61,426 nt of DNA, from positions 1 to 61,426 of the IMG/VR virus record IMGVR_UViG_3300044297_000148; one strand, 5' to 3'. Shown here piece after piece: positions 35,515 through 46,500 of this stretch (position 1 is its first letter; each line of letters begins with the position of its first letter). The DNA is from a virus (taxonomy: Duplodnaviria > Caudoviricetes). The translations under genes and the position numbers were made by a program. Under the pieces are notes generated by a model. The model saw only the letters and a list, made by a program, of their open reading frames with translations. It was not told the DNA's origin and searched no databases.

Positions 35515-35948
35515 ACCTCTCGCCTCATTTTGCCTATGAGGAACTTATCCATTCCGACGTAGCCGTTCGCAACGGTTGGGATAACACACCCAGTGAAACC
35601 GAGAAGGCAAACCTCGTGCGCTTGGCCGACCTGCTGGAGCAGGTGAAATTGGCGCTGGGTGGCAAGCCTGTGATGGTGAATAGCGCCTACAGGTCCAAGC
35701 AAGTCAACGACGCCGTAGGAAGCAAGGATACGTCTCAGCATCGCCTCGGATGCGCGGCTGATTTGCGGGTGCCGGGGATGACGCCAAGAGAAGTTGTTTT
35801 GGCCTGTATCGGTGCGGGGCTTCGCTTTGACCAGATCATCCTTGAGTTTGATTCATGGACGCATATCAGCGTACCTAATGAAGTAAGCCAGACCCCAAGA
35901 GGTTCCAAGCTCATCATCGACAAGCAAGGCACGAGACTCTTCACTTAG
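35511..35948 (+). CDS. Endolysin, peptidase M15A family
   Basis: LSPHF, NSAYRS, SQHRLGCAAD, WTHIS. Confidence 0.9.
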   Translation: MNLSPHFAYEELIHSDVAVRNGWDNTPSETEKANLVRLADLLEQVKLALGGKPVMVNSAYRSKQVNDAVGSKDTSQHRLGCAADLRVPGMTPREVVLACIGAGLRFDQIILEFDSWTHISVPNEVSQTPRGSKLIIDKQGTRLFT

Positions 35949-35956
35949 GACGCGCC

Positions 35957-38050
35957 ATGCCGCTTCAGAAAATCCAGTTGCGACCGGGGATCAACCGCGA
36001 GGGTACCAACTACTCCAACGAGGGCGGGTACTACGAGTGCGACAAGGTTCGCTTTCGTTCGGGCTACCCTGAGAAGCTCGGGGGCTGGGTGCGTCTGTCA
36101 AGCAACACCTTCAAGGGTGTATGCAAGACCATGTGGAACTGGGTTTCCCTGAGTGGCTACAACCTCAACGCCGTAGGCACCAACCAGAAATACTACATTG
36201 AGTCAGGCGGGGTCTATAACGATATCACCCCTCTCACCGCAGCTTCGCCCGTGGCGCTTGCCGCCAACCCCTTTGCTACTACCAGCGGCAGTTTGCTGGT
36301 TACTGTCACGGCGGCTGCTCACGGTGCAACTGCGGGTACGTTCGTCACATTTGCCGGGGCTAGCGCCGTGGGTGGGCTGACGCTGAACGGTGAGTACGAA
36401 ATTGTGCTGGTGGTCGATACCAACACCTACCAGATCATTGCTTCCAGCACGGCTAGTTCCACGGCTACCGGTGGTGGCGCAGCCGTCACGGCCACCTACC
36501 AGATCAATGCGGGGCTTGCTACTTTTGTTGGCGGCACGGGCTGGGGTGCAGGTAGCTGGGGGCGAGGCGGCTGGGGCTCCGGGGTTGCCATCACGGCGGG
36601 TCTGCAACTTCGGCTGTGGAGCCAAGACAACTTCGGCCAAGACCTTGTGTTCGCACCACGCGGCGGACCCTTGTACTACTGGGCAAACGACACGACCACA
36701 TGGGCGCGGGCGATCCTGCTTTCTTCTGCTGCTACCACGGCGGGGTATGTGGGTGCCGATGTCCCGGTCCAGACCAACCAAGTGATTGCCTCTGATGTGC
36801 AGCGCTTTGTGATTTGTCTTGGGGCCAACCCCTACGGCACCACGACCACGGCAGACTTCAACCCGATGCTGGTGCGCTGGTCGGATCAGGAAAACGTCTA
36901 CGACTGGACCCCTACTTCTACTAACCAGTCTGGCGAACAACCACTGCAAAACGGGTCCTATCTTGTCTGCGGGCGGATCACCCGGCAGGAAATCTTGATT
37001 TGGTCGGATTCAGCACTTTACTCGATGCAGTACCTCGGGCCTCCTTACGTCTGGGGCTTTCAGCTTCTGATGGATAACATCTCCATCATCTCGCCTAATT
37101 CGGCTATAACGGTAAATAACATTACCTATTGGATGGGCTGCGACAAGTTCTACCAGTATTCAGGCCGGGTGGAGACGCTGCCATGCAGCCTTCGTCAATA
37201 TGTGTACAGTGATCTGAATCAAGATCAGGCGTGGCAGATCGTGTGCGGTACCAACGAGGGTTACAACGAAGTGTGGTGGCACTACCCCTCCAACGAATCC
37301 TTGGTCAACGACCGCTACGTAATCTATAACTATCTTGAGCGTGTCTGGTACTACGGCACCTTGAACCGCACCGCTTGGCTTGATAGCCCGCTTCGTCAAT
37401 ACCCGATGGGCGTGATCAGTACCCAGACGAGCTATTTGAACAACGCGATCAATAGCTCCGTGACAACCGTTTCACTGCTCAACGCTTCAAGCTACCCGGA
37501 TGTCGGTACAGTCACCATTGACTCGGAAACCATCACCTATACGGGCAATGATGGAAGCAACCTTACAGGCTGCACTCGCGGAGCGCTCGGCTCTACGGCT
37601 GCATCTCACATCGCCTATTCAACAGTTTCACCCTACGCTTCCAACGGCATCCTGTACCACGAGTATGGGTTGGATGATGCTTCCACTGGAACGAACGTGG
37701 CGATTGCAGCTTATGTGGGATCTTCGGATTTTGACATTGGTGACGGGCATAACTACGGTTTTGTCTGGCGCATGATCCCGGATATCAACTTCACTTCCTC
37801 CACGTCGAACGCTCCGTACATCACGCTGACGGTCAAGCCCCGGACATTCCCCGGTGCCCCTTACGGCTATGGCGCAGCCCCGACAGTAACCCGCACGGCA
37901 ACCATTCCCGTGGAGCAGTACACGCAAGAAGTCTACACTCGCATTCGCGGGCGGCAGATGTCCATGCGTATTGATTCCGATGATCTGGGGGTTGCATGGC
38001 AGTTGGGCGTACCCCGGATCGATATTCGGCCCGATGGCAGGAAGACGTGA
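35957..38050 (+). CDS. Tail nozzle / stabilisation protein (P22 gp10-like position)
   Basis: 697 aa, beta-propeller-like; VRWSDQEN; ends TRIRGRQ...DIRPDGR. Confidence 0.65.
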   Translation: MPLQKIQLRPGINREGTNYSNEGGYYECDKVRFRSGYPEKLGGWVRLSSNTFKGVCKTMWNWVSLSGYNLNAVGTNQKYYIESGGVYNDITPLTAASPVALAANPFATTSGSLLVTVTAAAHGATAGTFVTFAGASAVGGLTLNGEYEIVLVVDTNTYQIIASSTASSTATGGGAAVTATYQINAGLATFVGGTGWGAGSWGRGGWGSGVAITAGLQLRLWSQDNFGQDLVFAPRGGPLYYWANDTTTWARAILLSSAATTAGYVGADVPVQTNQVIASDVQRFVICLGANPYGTTTTADFNPMLVRWSDQENVYDWTPTSTNQSGEQPLQNGSYLVCGRITRQEILIWSDSALYSMQYLGPPYVWGFQLLMDNISIISPNSAITVNNITYWMGCDKFYQYSGRVETLPCSLRQYVYSDLNQDQAWQIVCGTNEGYNEVWWHYPSNESLVNDRYVIYNYLERVWYYGTLNRTAWLDSPLRQYPMGVISTQTSYLNNAINSSVTTVSLLNASSYPDVGTVTIDSETITYTGNDGSNLTGCTRGALGSTAASHIAYSTVSPYASNGILYHEYGLDDASTGTNVAIAAYVGSSDFDIGDGHNYGFVWRMIPDINFTSSTSNAPYITLTVKPRTFPGAPYGYGAAPTVTRTATIPVEQYTQEVYTRIRGRQMSMRIDSDDLGVAWQLGVPRIDIRPDGRKT

Positions 38051-38913
38051 GTTTTACTTACAACATCGTTCGGCCCCCTAAAGCACCCAATCTTCCCGTT
38101 GGGCCAACGGACTACAGCCAGCAGTATCAGGATCAGTTCAGTAATGTCCTGCGGTTGTATTTCAACCAACTGGATAATTGGTTTGCTTCAATCAACGCCG
38201 AAGGTGGGGGCAAATATCTGCGTTTTCCGTATGGGGCGTTTCAGGATGGCACCACGCAAACCATCCCTGCCAATACCGCGCAGGTCATGCGCTTTAATCA
38301 GACGGATACATCGAACGAGGTGAGTCTTGGTTCGCATACGGCTTCATTCACTGCTTCACAAGCAACCACCACGCTGACGGTAACCGCCGTTGCCTCTGGC
38401 ACTATCTACCTTGGCATGACGGTGAGCGGCACGGGGGTTACGGCTGGCACCATGATCACGGCTTTTGGCACAGGTACCGGAGGCGCGGGCACCTACACAG
38501 TCAGCACTTCGGCTACGCTTTCTTCTCGCGCCATGACCGGCACCATCCAGTCCAAGATCGTTGTCGCCAACGCAGGGATTTACAACCTGCAGTTCAGTTC
38601 CCAATTTCAAAACTCCGACACCCAGCTACACGACGTGGATATATGGCTGCGCCAAGACGCCTCTGGAACAGCAACTGACGTTTCAGGTTCTAACGGTCTG
38701 GTTTCTGTAGCCAACAGCCATGGCGGCACTCCCGGGCATGTCATCGTTGGGTGGAATTATTTTGTACAGCTTGCCGCAAACGATTACGTAGAGCTTTGGT
38801 GGTCCACGGACAGTGCTCAAGTCGACATGCACTATTACGCCGCCGGGACTAGCCCTACTCGGCCAACTACAGCCTCGGTAATTGCTACAATGTCTTTCGT
38901 TTCAGCGTATTAA
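38047..38913 (+). CDS. Tail-associated structural protein
   Basis: GTGA overlap start; LRLYFNQLD; beta-sandwich-like C-domain. Confidence 0.65.
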   Translation: MSFTYNIVRPPKAPNLPVGPTDYSQQYQDQFSNVLRLYFNQLDNWFASINAEGGGKYLRFPYGAFQDGTTQTIPANTAQVMRFNQTDTSNEVSLGSHTASFTASQATTTLTVTAVASGTIYLGMTVSGTGVTAGTMITAFGTGTGGAGTYTVSTSATLSSRAMTGTIQSKIVVANAGIYNLQFSSQFQNSDTQLHDVDIWLRQDASGTATDVSGSNGLVSVANSHGGTPGHVIVGWNYFVQLAANDYVELWWSTDSAQVDMHYYAAGTSPTRPTTASVIATMSFVSAY

Positions 38914-38943
38914 GTACGCAAGAAAGGCTTGGAGGATTTTTAG

Positions 38944-40941
38944 ATGCCACAAGCAGGTGACACAACTACTTACACAGGCGTTGATGGGGACGGAAACCCG
39001 GTTACCCAAACTCTGTATTGGGACCCCGCCATTGAAGGTGGCGGCGGTTGGTCGCCTAATGCCCCTGCCCCTGCTCAAACAACACCAGACGCCGTTTACG
39101 GACAATATGGCAATATTGGCGGGGGGCTGCAAGGGGCGCTGAATGCGTTTGTGCAATCCTCTGGTGCTGATCCTACTACAGCATTGCAAGCAGCGGATGC
39201 GTATGTCAATACTTATGGACTTTCTACAACTGAAAATCCGTATGACCTTGCTCAAAAAATAATTCGCGGTACTGACTGGGGTAGCACGGCAAATCAATAT
39301 AAAGAGCCGTTCATCTCCAATATGTTTGCCGACCCCGGCGTTCAAGCGGTTGGTCAACAAGTCCAGCAGGCATGGCAAGCACAGAACCAGCCTGATACTT
39401 GGCTGGGTGGGCTTTCAAATGCTATTAGTGATGCAGGTCCTATAGCAAACCTTGCTGTCGCCGCCGCTGCGCCGGAGGCACTGCCTTGGGTATTGGGTGC
39501 TGAAGGTGCGACACAAGTAGCCGCAGGCGCAGATCCTTTGAAGGTAGCTGGAAATCTTGCGCTCTCTTATGGTCTTTCTCAAGGTCTTGGTTCACTGGGC
39601 GGTGCAGGTGACGTAGTAGATATCGGGGGGCAACCGGTGGATCTGCCCCCGGGTAATGTCATGGGTGGGCAACAACTAGCGGAAGCCAATATATACCCCG
39701 GCCCCGCATACTCTCCCGACCTCCCTGCTGGCATTTCTTCTACTGGGACAGAAGCAGTAGACCCTCAAATGCTGCAAGCTTATAAAGACGCGGGCTTGCT
39801 TGCACAAGACGCTGTTGACTTTTCTTCTCTTAGTCAACCGATGGCGTATACGCCTAGTGGCGGAGTTATTCAAGCATCCGATCTTTCTGTGCTGGGTGGA
39901 GCGGGGGACGTTAGTACCGGGTTTGCAGGGCGTTCTGCTGGACTCGGTGGGGTTTTAATTGGCGACACTACCGGCGCTGGAATGAGTGGAACGGATTTTT
40001 TGGGTGATATCCAAAAAATAAATAGCCTTCAAAGTGCTGGGCAATTTGCCAAGCTGTACCCCGGTTCTGTTGGTGCAGCCCTTGGTTTCCTGAAATCCGG
40101 CAATCTTGCCGGTGCGCTTGCTGGCGCTTCACTGGGTTCCGGTATTGGCGGTTTATATAATTCGTATAACGCTCCTCCCGGAAGTGACACAAACTGGGTG
40201 TCCAGTGGGTTGAAAACAGGTCTAGGTCTTCTAGGACTCGCTTCCACACCCAGCACGGGGCTGCTTGGTAAACCCCTTGGTGCTGTTTTTGGTGGCACGG
40301 CTGCGCCGGGTGCAGGAGGTGCGGGCGTTGGTGCAGGGGGTGCCGGTAGTGCAGGGGCTGGCTTGCCGGGGACGATCCGCCCGTATCAATTTACCCAAAT
40401 CCGCAACCCCAACTGGGGCAAACCCGGTGAGCCGTATTTCCTCCAGCAATATAGTGCGCAACCCACTTTCCGGGCAGCAAACGGCGGGCAAATCCCCGAC
40501 CTTGACAACATGTACCCGCAGTCCTCGATTGACCATTCCTCCTACGCCACTCCGCTGCAAAGGCCGATGCAACAGGCTGTAGTGAGTAGCGGGTATGGTC
40601 CCCGGCTCAACCCTTTTACGGGGGAAGAGCAGATGGCTGGTGGAGGGTTGGCTGACCTCACGCCTACTTACGCCGCAGGCGGCAGGCTTTTGCGGGGGCC
40701 CGGAGACGGGGTTTCTGATAGTATTCCTGCGGTTATCAGCGGCAAACAGCCCCAGCGCGCGGCGCTGGCGGATGGGGAGTTTGTGCTCCCGGCAAGGATT
40801 GTCTCAGAGATTGGCAACGGGTCTACCGAAGCGGGTGCCCGCAAATTGTACGCAATGATGGACCGTATCCAGAAACGACGCGGCTCCACCCTCAAAAACG
40901 TTGCGGCAGATACCAGAGCAGAAAAGCTGCTCCCCGCGTAA
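38944..40941 (+). CDS. Internal virion / DNA ejection protein 1
   Basis: Gly/Ala-rich hydrophobic stretches; YAAGG..RGPGDGVSDSIPA...LADGEFV C-domain. Confidence 0.65.
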   Translation: MPQAGDTTTYTGVDGDGNPVTQTLYWDPAIEGGGGWSPNAPAPAQTTPDAVYGQYGNIGGGLQGALNAFVQSSGADPTTALQAADAYVNTYGLSTTENPYDLAQKIIRGTDWGSTANQYKEPFISNMFADPGVQAVGQQVQQAWQAQNQPDTWLGGLSNAISDAGPIANLAVAAAAPEALPWVLGAEGATQVAAGADPLKVAGNLALSYGLSQGLGSLGGAGDVVDIGGQPVDLPPGNVMGGQQLAEANIYPGPAYSPDLPAGISSTGTEAVDPQMLQAYKDAGLLAQDAVDFSSLSQPMAYTPSGGVIQASDLSVLGGAGDVSTGFAGRSAGLGGVLIGDTTGAGMSGTDFLGDIQKINSLQSAGQFAKLYPGSVGAALGFLKSGNLAGALAGASLGSGIGGLYNSYNAPPGSDTNWVSSGLKTGLGLLGLASTPSTGLLGKPLGAVFGGTAAPGAGGAGVGAGGAGSAGAGLPGTIRPYQFTQIRNPNWGKPGEPYFLQQYSAQPTFRAANGGQIPDLDNMYPQSSIDHSSYATPLQRPMQQAVVSSGYGPRLNPFTGEEQMAGGGLADLTPTYAAGGRLLRGPGDGVSDSIPAVISGKQPQRAALADGEFVLPARIVSEIGNGSTEAGARKLYAMMDRIQKRRGSTLKNVAADTRAEKLLPA

Positions 40942-40951
40942 AGGATAGGCT

Positions 40952-43585
40952 ATGGCAACTCTTGCTGATCTTCTCGGTCTGGGCTCCCTCACCCAGACCC
41001 AAGCGCCGACGACCCCCACTTCCGTCCAGACCCAAGCGCAGCAGATCCCTGCTTTTGCGCAGCCCTATGTTGAAGACATCCTTGGTCGAAGCTACGCGCT
41101 GACTACTCAGACCCCCTACACGCCCTATGCGGGTGAGCGGGTTGCCGGGTTTACCCCGATGCAGGAACAGGCGTTCCAGCAACTTCAAGGCATGCAGCCC
41201 TCGGCGCAACTGGGCCAAGCTACCGACCTCGCAACCCAAGCAGGCCAATACGGTCTTGGCGCGGGGCAACAGTACACCCAAGCAGTCACCTCCCCCGGCA
41301 CGCTGCAGTCCTATATGTCCCCCTACATGCAGGACGTAGTGGACTACCAGAAGCAGCAGGCAATCAAGGACTACGCCCGTGCGCTACCCGGAATGCAAGC
41401 TCAAGCAGTGGGGGCCGGTGCCTATGGTGGGTCACGCCAAGCTGTTCAACAAGCCGAGGCGCAGCGCAACCTGCAAAACCAACTCGCCGGAATCCAAGCC
41501 ACAGGCACTCAGAACGCCTATCAGCAAGCGCTTCAAAATATACAGTATGGCGCAGGGCTCGGGATGCAAGGCGCGCAGCTTGGTTCTCAGGTAGCAGGCC
41601 AGCTTGGTCAACTGGGACAAACCCAGTTCGGCCAGCAAATGGGCATCAACACCGCGCTGCAACAAGCCGGTGCCCAGCAACAAGCCCTTCAACAGCAAAA
41701 CCTTACCAACGCCTACCAAGATTACCTCACGCAGCTTCAGTACCCCTACCAGCAACTGAGCTTCCAGAAAGGCATCCTCTCTGGCTTGCCGGGTATCAGC
41801 CAAGGCACGACTACGACTACGGGATATCAGGCTCCGCCTTCGATGTTGCAGACTTTTGGTGGGCTGGCAGCTACCGGGCTGGGTGCGTATATGTCAGGGC
41901 TGAATAAAAAAGAAGGCAGTGAAGTCAAAGCATTTGCGGTGGGTGGAACTGTAAGCGGGGTAAACGATCTTGATAAGCAGACGAACAACCTTGTGCAACT
42001 GGCGCTTCAAAGCCAGAACCCGCGTGTCTTCCTGAGCAAGTACCTGCTTGACCCAGAAACCAGACTGGCTGCTTCACTTGCTCAAGGGATCGTTGACAAG
42101 CAACAGTCAGCGGCGTCTAACCAAGAAGCCTTGGCTGCGTACAACCCCAATCAGCCTACGGTGTTGGACCAAAAGCGGCAAATGGCGCTGGCCGCATTGC
42201 CCGTTAGCGGGTTTGATCTTGACAGCCCCCGTATGGCGCGCGGTGGGATCGTTGCATTTGCGGGTGAAGAAGAAAGCCAGTTGGTCAGGGAAGTTGAAAC
42301 GCAAACAGAACGTGCCCGTAAAGCAAGCGAAAGGGATGCCGCACGTATTCGTAAGATGGCAGAGGATGCCAAGGCTCGGGCTGGAAAACTACCGGCGGGA
42401 ACGATTGAATACACACCCCCTGCCGCTCCTGCCGCTCCTGCCACTCCTGCCGCTCCTGCCGCTCCTGCCGCTCCTGCCGCTCCTGCCGCTCCTACTGCTA
42501 CGGAAACTGAAAATATTGCTGAACGGGCGCGTGCGGCTAGAAAAAATGTGGCTAAACGGCCTTTTGGTATAGGTTCTGGTGAAGGTGTAAAAATTGGTAG
42601 CAAACTGGCAAAAGGGTTGACCCGTTGGGGGCTTCCAGCCGCAGCTTATGGAGCATGGGAAGCGGGAAGTGCCTTGGGTGAAACCAAAACGGGGCAAAAG
42701 CTTGCGAACCTTCTTGGAGGTTATGCGGCTGGTTTTGACCCTAATGTTCGTCGGGCTGAAGAAGAACTCACCCGGGACGTAAATCTTTCTCCCATTCAGG
42801 TTGAAACAAGGAGGCGAGCAAAAGAGCAAGGAATATCCTTGCGCCCTTCGGTTCCTTCTAGAGAAACGTATGAAGAATCCGCTCGTATTAATGCCCCCGC
42901 TGGCCTGCCTACTACCGAAGGATTTTTCGCTGGTTTAATGACTCCTGAAGGTCGGGAGCAGGCCCGTACCAATTTTCTCGACTATCTTGGTTATCCGCAG
43001 GCTCGCCCTGCTACCCCTACCGCTCCTACCACTTCTGACGCCGCTGCTAATGCTTCTCCCCCCGTGCCCACTGCTACGGAGATATCAAGGGTTATAGAGC
43101 AAGGCAAGCAAATGGCGGCAACTGCAGCTACACAGCGACAGCAGGATCAGGGGTTGGCGCTTATGATGTTTGGTTTGAATCTGCTGTCGCAGCGGGGTAG
43201 CCAGACTCCGCTCCAAGCGGCGGGAGTAGCAGGTGAAGAAGGACTCAAGACTTACCTTGGTCTGCAAAAAGCCCGAGAAGAGCGTGAACTTAAAGAAACG
43301 ACCAAAGCACAGGAACTGATGCAAAAACGGTTTGACACTCTAGTAAAACTGAAGACCGCGCAACTTAAATCACGCCTCCCCACGCTTACTCCCGAAGATG
43401 CAGAAGGGCAGGCGTATATTCAGGTTCTTAAACAACTTACACCGCGTGAACTTTCGTTGATGGGGGTAAGTCGGGAAGAGCTTATTCGCATGGAACGTGA
43501 AGCCACAACACCGCAGAGTAAGCCAACCTCCGCTCCAACTGTGTACAACGGGATGGCTATAGTTGGGCAACAACCCCGTCAATAG
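40952..43585 (+). CDS. Internal virion / DNA ejection protein 2
   Basis: Gln-rich, YMSPYMQDV, GAYGGSR; (PAA)n linker. Confidence 0.65.
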   Translation: MATLADLLGLGSLTQTQAPTTPTSVQTQAQQIPAFAQPYVEDILGRSYALTTQTPYTPYAGERVAGFTPMQEQAFQQLQGMQPSAQLGQATDLATQAGQYGLGAGQQYTQAVTSPGTLQSYMSPYMQDVVDYQKQQAIKDYARALPGMQAQAVGAGAYGGSRQAVQQAEAQRNLQNQLAGIQATGTQNAYQQALQNIQYGAGLGMQGAQLGSQVAGQLGQLGQTQFGQQMGINTALQQAGAQQQALQQQNLTNAYQDYLTQLQYPYQQLSFQKGILSGLPGISQGTTTTTGYQAPPSMLQTFGGLAATGLGAYMSGLNKKEGSEVKAFAVGGTVSGVNDLDKQTNNLVQLALQSQNPRVFLSKYLLDPETRLAASLAQGIVDKQQSAASNQEALAAYNPNQPTVLDQKRQMALAALPVSGFDLDSPRMARGGIVAFAGEEESQLVREVETQTERARKASERDAARIRKMAEDAKARAGKLPAGTIEYTPPAAPAAPATPAAPAAPAAPAAPAAPTATETENIAERARAARKNVAKRPFGIGSGEGVKIGSKLAKGLTRWGLPAAAYGAWEAGSALGETKTGQKLANLLGGYAAGFDPNVRRAEEELTRDVNLSPIQVETRRRAKEQGISLRPSVPSRETYEESARINAPAGLPTTEGFFAGLMTPEGREQARTNFLDYLGYPQARPATPTAPTTSDAAANASPPVPTATEISRVIEQGKQMAATAATQRQQDQGLALMMFGLNLLSQRGSQTPLQAAGVAGEEGLKTYLGLQKAREERELKETTKAQELMQKRFDTLVKLKTAQLKSRLPTLTPEDAEGQAYIQVLKQLTPRELSLMGVSREELIRMEREATTPQSKPTSAPTVYNGMAIVGQQPRQ

Positions 43586-43594
43586 ACCACATCT

Positions 43595-46500
43595 ATGCCA
43601 ATCTATAAAGTAAGCGCCCCGGACGGTAATATCTATGACATCCAAGGACCGGAGGGTGTATCTCAAGAAGAAATTTTTGATGCACTCCTTCACCTGAACC
43701 CCGATGCGGGCAAACCTAAAAGCGTGCTTGGGTACGCTAAAGAATCAGGTAAAGCCCTGATTAGCGGCGGTGTTGGAGCGCTGGCGTCAATCGGAAAAGG
43801 TGCAGCCGCTGCGCTGCCGGAAGAACTCGAAACCAAGGCACGAGAACAGATCTCCAAAGCAGCACAACGGGTTTCTCCAAGACTCAGCCCCACATATGCG
43901 GATACCTTGCCAGTAGAGATTGCCTCTGGTGTAGGCAGTATGCTTGCTCCTGCCCTTATTCCGGGTGGGGTCCCCGCAAGAATTGGGGCGTTCGGTGCCA
44001 TGGGCGCAAGTCAGGCCCGTGAAGCCGCAGAAAAATTCGGTGCTACTGAAGAAGAGCGTCGCCAAGCTACCATTCTTGGTATCTTCCCCGGTGCGACTAA
44101 TATCATCCCACTTGAGCGGCTGCTTGGGCGGTTTGGGGCGACACCGGTCAAAGGGATGGTATCTCGTGTAGCCCGGGCATTTGAGACAGGCGGGCTGGAA
44201 GCGGCGCAAAACGCTGCCGAAGAAATGGGCCAGCAAGCGGTCAAGCAAATTACCTATGACCCTAACGCGCCATTGCTTGAAGGTTCAGAAGACGCACTGC
44301 GGCAGGGGTTTGAAGCGGGTGCGGCTGCACAGCTTCTTTTGGACGCCGTAATTCCGGGCAGAGGCCGTGCAGTCAAGGGGGCACCTGCTCCTGAAAAACA
44401 AATGTCCGCCCCTGCGCAGGAAACACCGGAAGAACTAAAAGCGCCCGTAAAAAGTGCGGTTGACGAGGTGTGGCCCCATCTGGTCCAGCAAGAATCAGGT
44501 GGTAAGCAGTTCAAACCCGGCACCAAAGAGCCTCTTACGTCGCCCAAGGGAGCGGTAGGCGTTGCTCAAGTCATGCCTGATACCGCCAAAGAAGCCGCAA
44601 AACTTGCTGGCGTTCCATTCGATGAGAAAAAGTATAAAACGGATAGAGCGTATAACGAGTTATTGGGCAAAGCTTATTTTGAAAAACAGCTTCAAGATTC
44701 CAACGGGGACGTAGCGCAAGCCCTTGCACGATATAACGCAGGTCCCGGTGCTGTCGATGATTTTTTGAACGGTACTAATAATTCGGGAAAAAACCCAAAG
44801 AAAATAAAAACTGAAAATGGCATACCTCCGTTCAAAGAAACCCAGAAGTATGTAAAAACCATCATGGCAAGGATGGCTCCCGCCGCTCCTGCCGCTCCCG
44901 CCGCTCCCGCCGCTCTTACTTTGGCTAAAGCCAAAGTTGGTGAAGCTCAACAGGTTGCACCTAAAGTAACCCCGGAAGCTGCGCCTGAAGTAACCCCGGA
45001 AGCTGCACCTGAAGTAACCCCGCAAGCTGCGCCTGAAGCCGCGCCTGAAGTAACCCCGGAAGCCGCGCCGCCTGCCGTTGGTGTCATCACTGATGATGTC
45101 CTTAAGTCTTTCGGGATTAAAGGATACGGTTCAACGAAAGCCAAGGAAGCTTTGCGCGGTCTTGACCTGAACACAGAAGAGGGTCAAAAAGTCTATGACG
45201 AGGTGTTCAACGGGCCAAAGTTCAAGCAGTTGAAGTACGATGCGGCCAAAGTTGAAGAATTCTCGAAAGCTGTACCTGTACTCTATGCACCTTCCGGTGT
45301 AGCTGCACCTGTCCAACCCCAACCTAGCGGACCCAAAACCAATGCACCCGCACCTATTGTTGGAGAACCTGACGTTGCCGCAGGTGGAAGAGGCGCTGGC
45401 GAACCTGTACTTCCAGAAGCTGCCGAGGGAGCCGCGTCTGCAGCAGTTGAGCGAGGAGGAGTGGCAGGTCCTGAGCAACCTGTTGGTGGCCCTGTTGAGG
45501 GAGAAAAACCAGTCACCGCTCCAGTAAAAGAAGAAGTCCTGCGTGCAGAGCCCAGACCCGCTGTAGCAAAAAAAGCTAAAAAAGAAACTACACCACCCGA
45601 GATTGATGCGTCTCTTGCTGCGCTTGATACCAACATCAGCCAACAACTATACGAAGCGCATCTTGATTATCTGGTAAGCGAAGCTACTTACAACGACCGC
45701 GATGGCAGGTACGCCAAAACAAAACTTGAAGAAGCACAGGTTCCGGCGGCTGATCTTTTTGCTGCTCAATCGCGGGTAGCAGGTCGCACGGCAAAAATTG
45801 AATCCGCAGACCGTGCTAGGGTCATTACCAAACTTGAAGAAATAGACGACCAACTTTCAGGAATCAGCCACGATCTTAATGAGGCTATCGAGAATAAGAA
45901 AGATACTAGTGCCCTGCGTAGCCAGCAGCAGAAACTGCTTGCCCAGAGAAAAGATGTAACCAAGGAAGCCAAGCGGCTTGGTATTTCCCCGAAAGCAAAA
46001 CGGGTTGATGTTCGCCATATCCGCACCGCGCGTAAAAGCGTTGGAGAAGTTGGTGCGCCTACCGGCAACACTGCTGATCGTGTTGCGAAGGAAATAGAAC
46101 GTGTCATGCGTCCGGGTTCCGGGTTTGAGCGCATCACGACCGTTGTGCAAACCGAAGAAGGATTGCCTGATGCAGTGCGCAGTGCTCCTGACTATGCACC
46201 GGGTGTGCGGGGCGTTGCCTATAAAGGGCGTATCTGGCTTGTAGCGGACAATATTCCGCAGGGGCGTGAACTGGGCGTATTCCTGCACGAAGCGGGTGCC
46301 CACCTTGGATTCGATCAAGTCCTGAAACCCGGTGATCGTGAGCATCTCGCCCGCACCGTAAAGAACTGGTCAAAAGGCTCCGACCTCAAGGCCCAAGCAG
46401 CCAAGATTGCCCTTGCCAAGGGCGGCAAATCGAACGACGAAATCATCGCGTACACGGTCGAAGAGCTTGTCAATCGAGGTGTAAAACCGCAGGGACTTCG

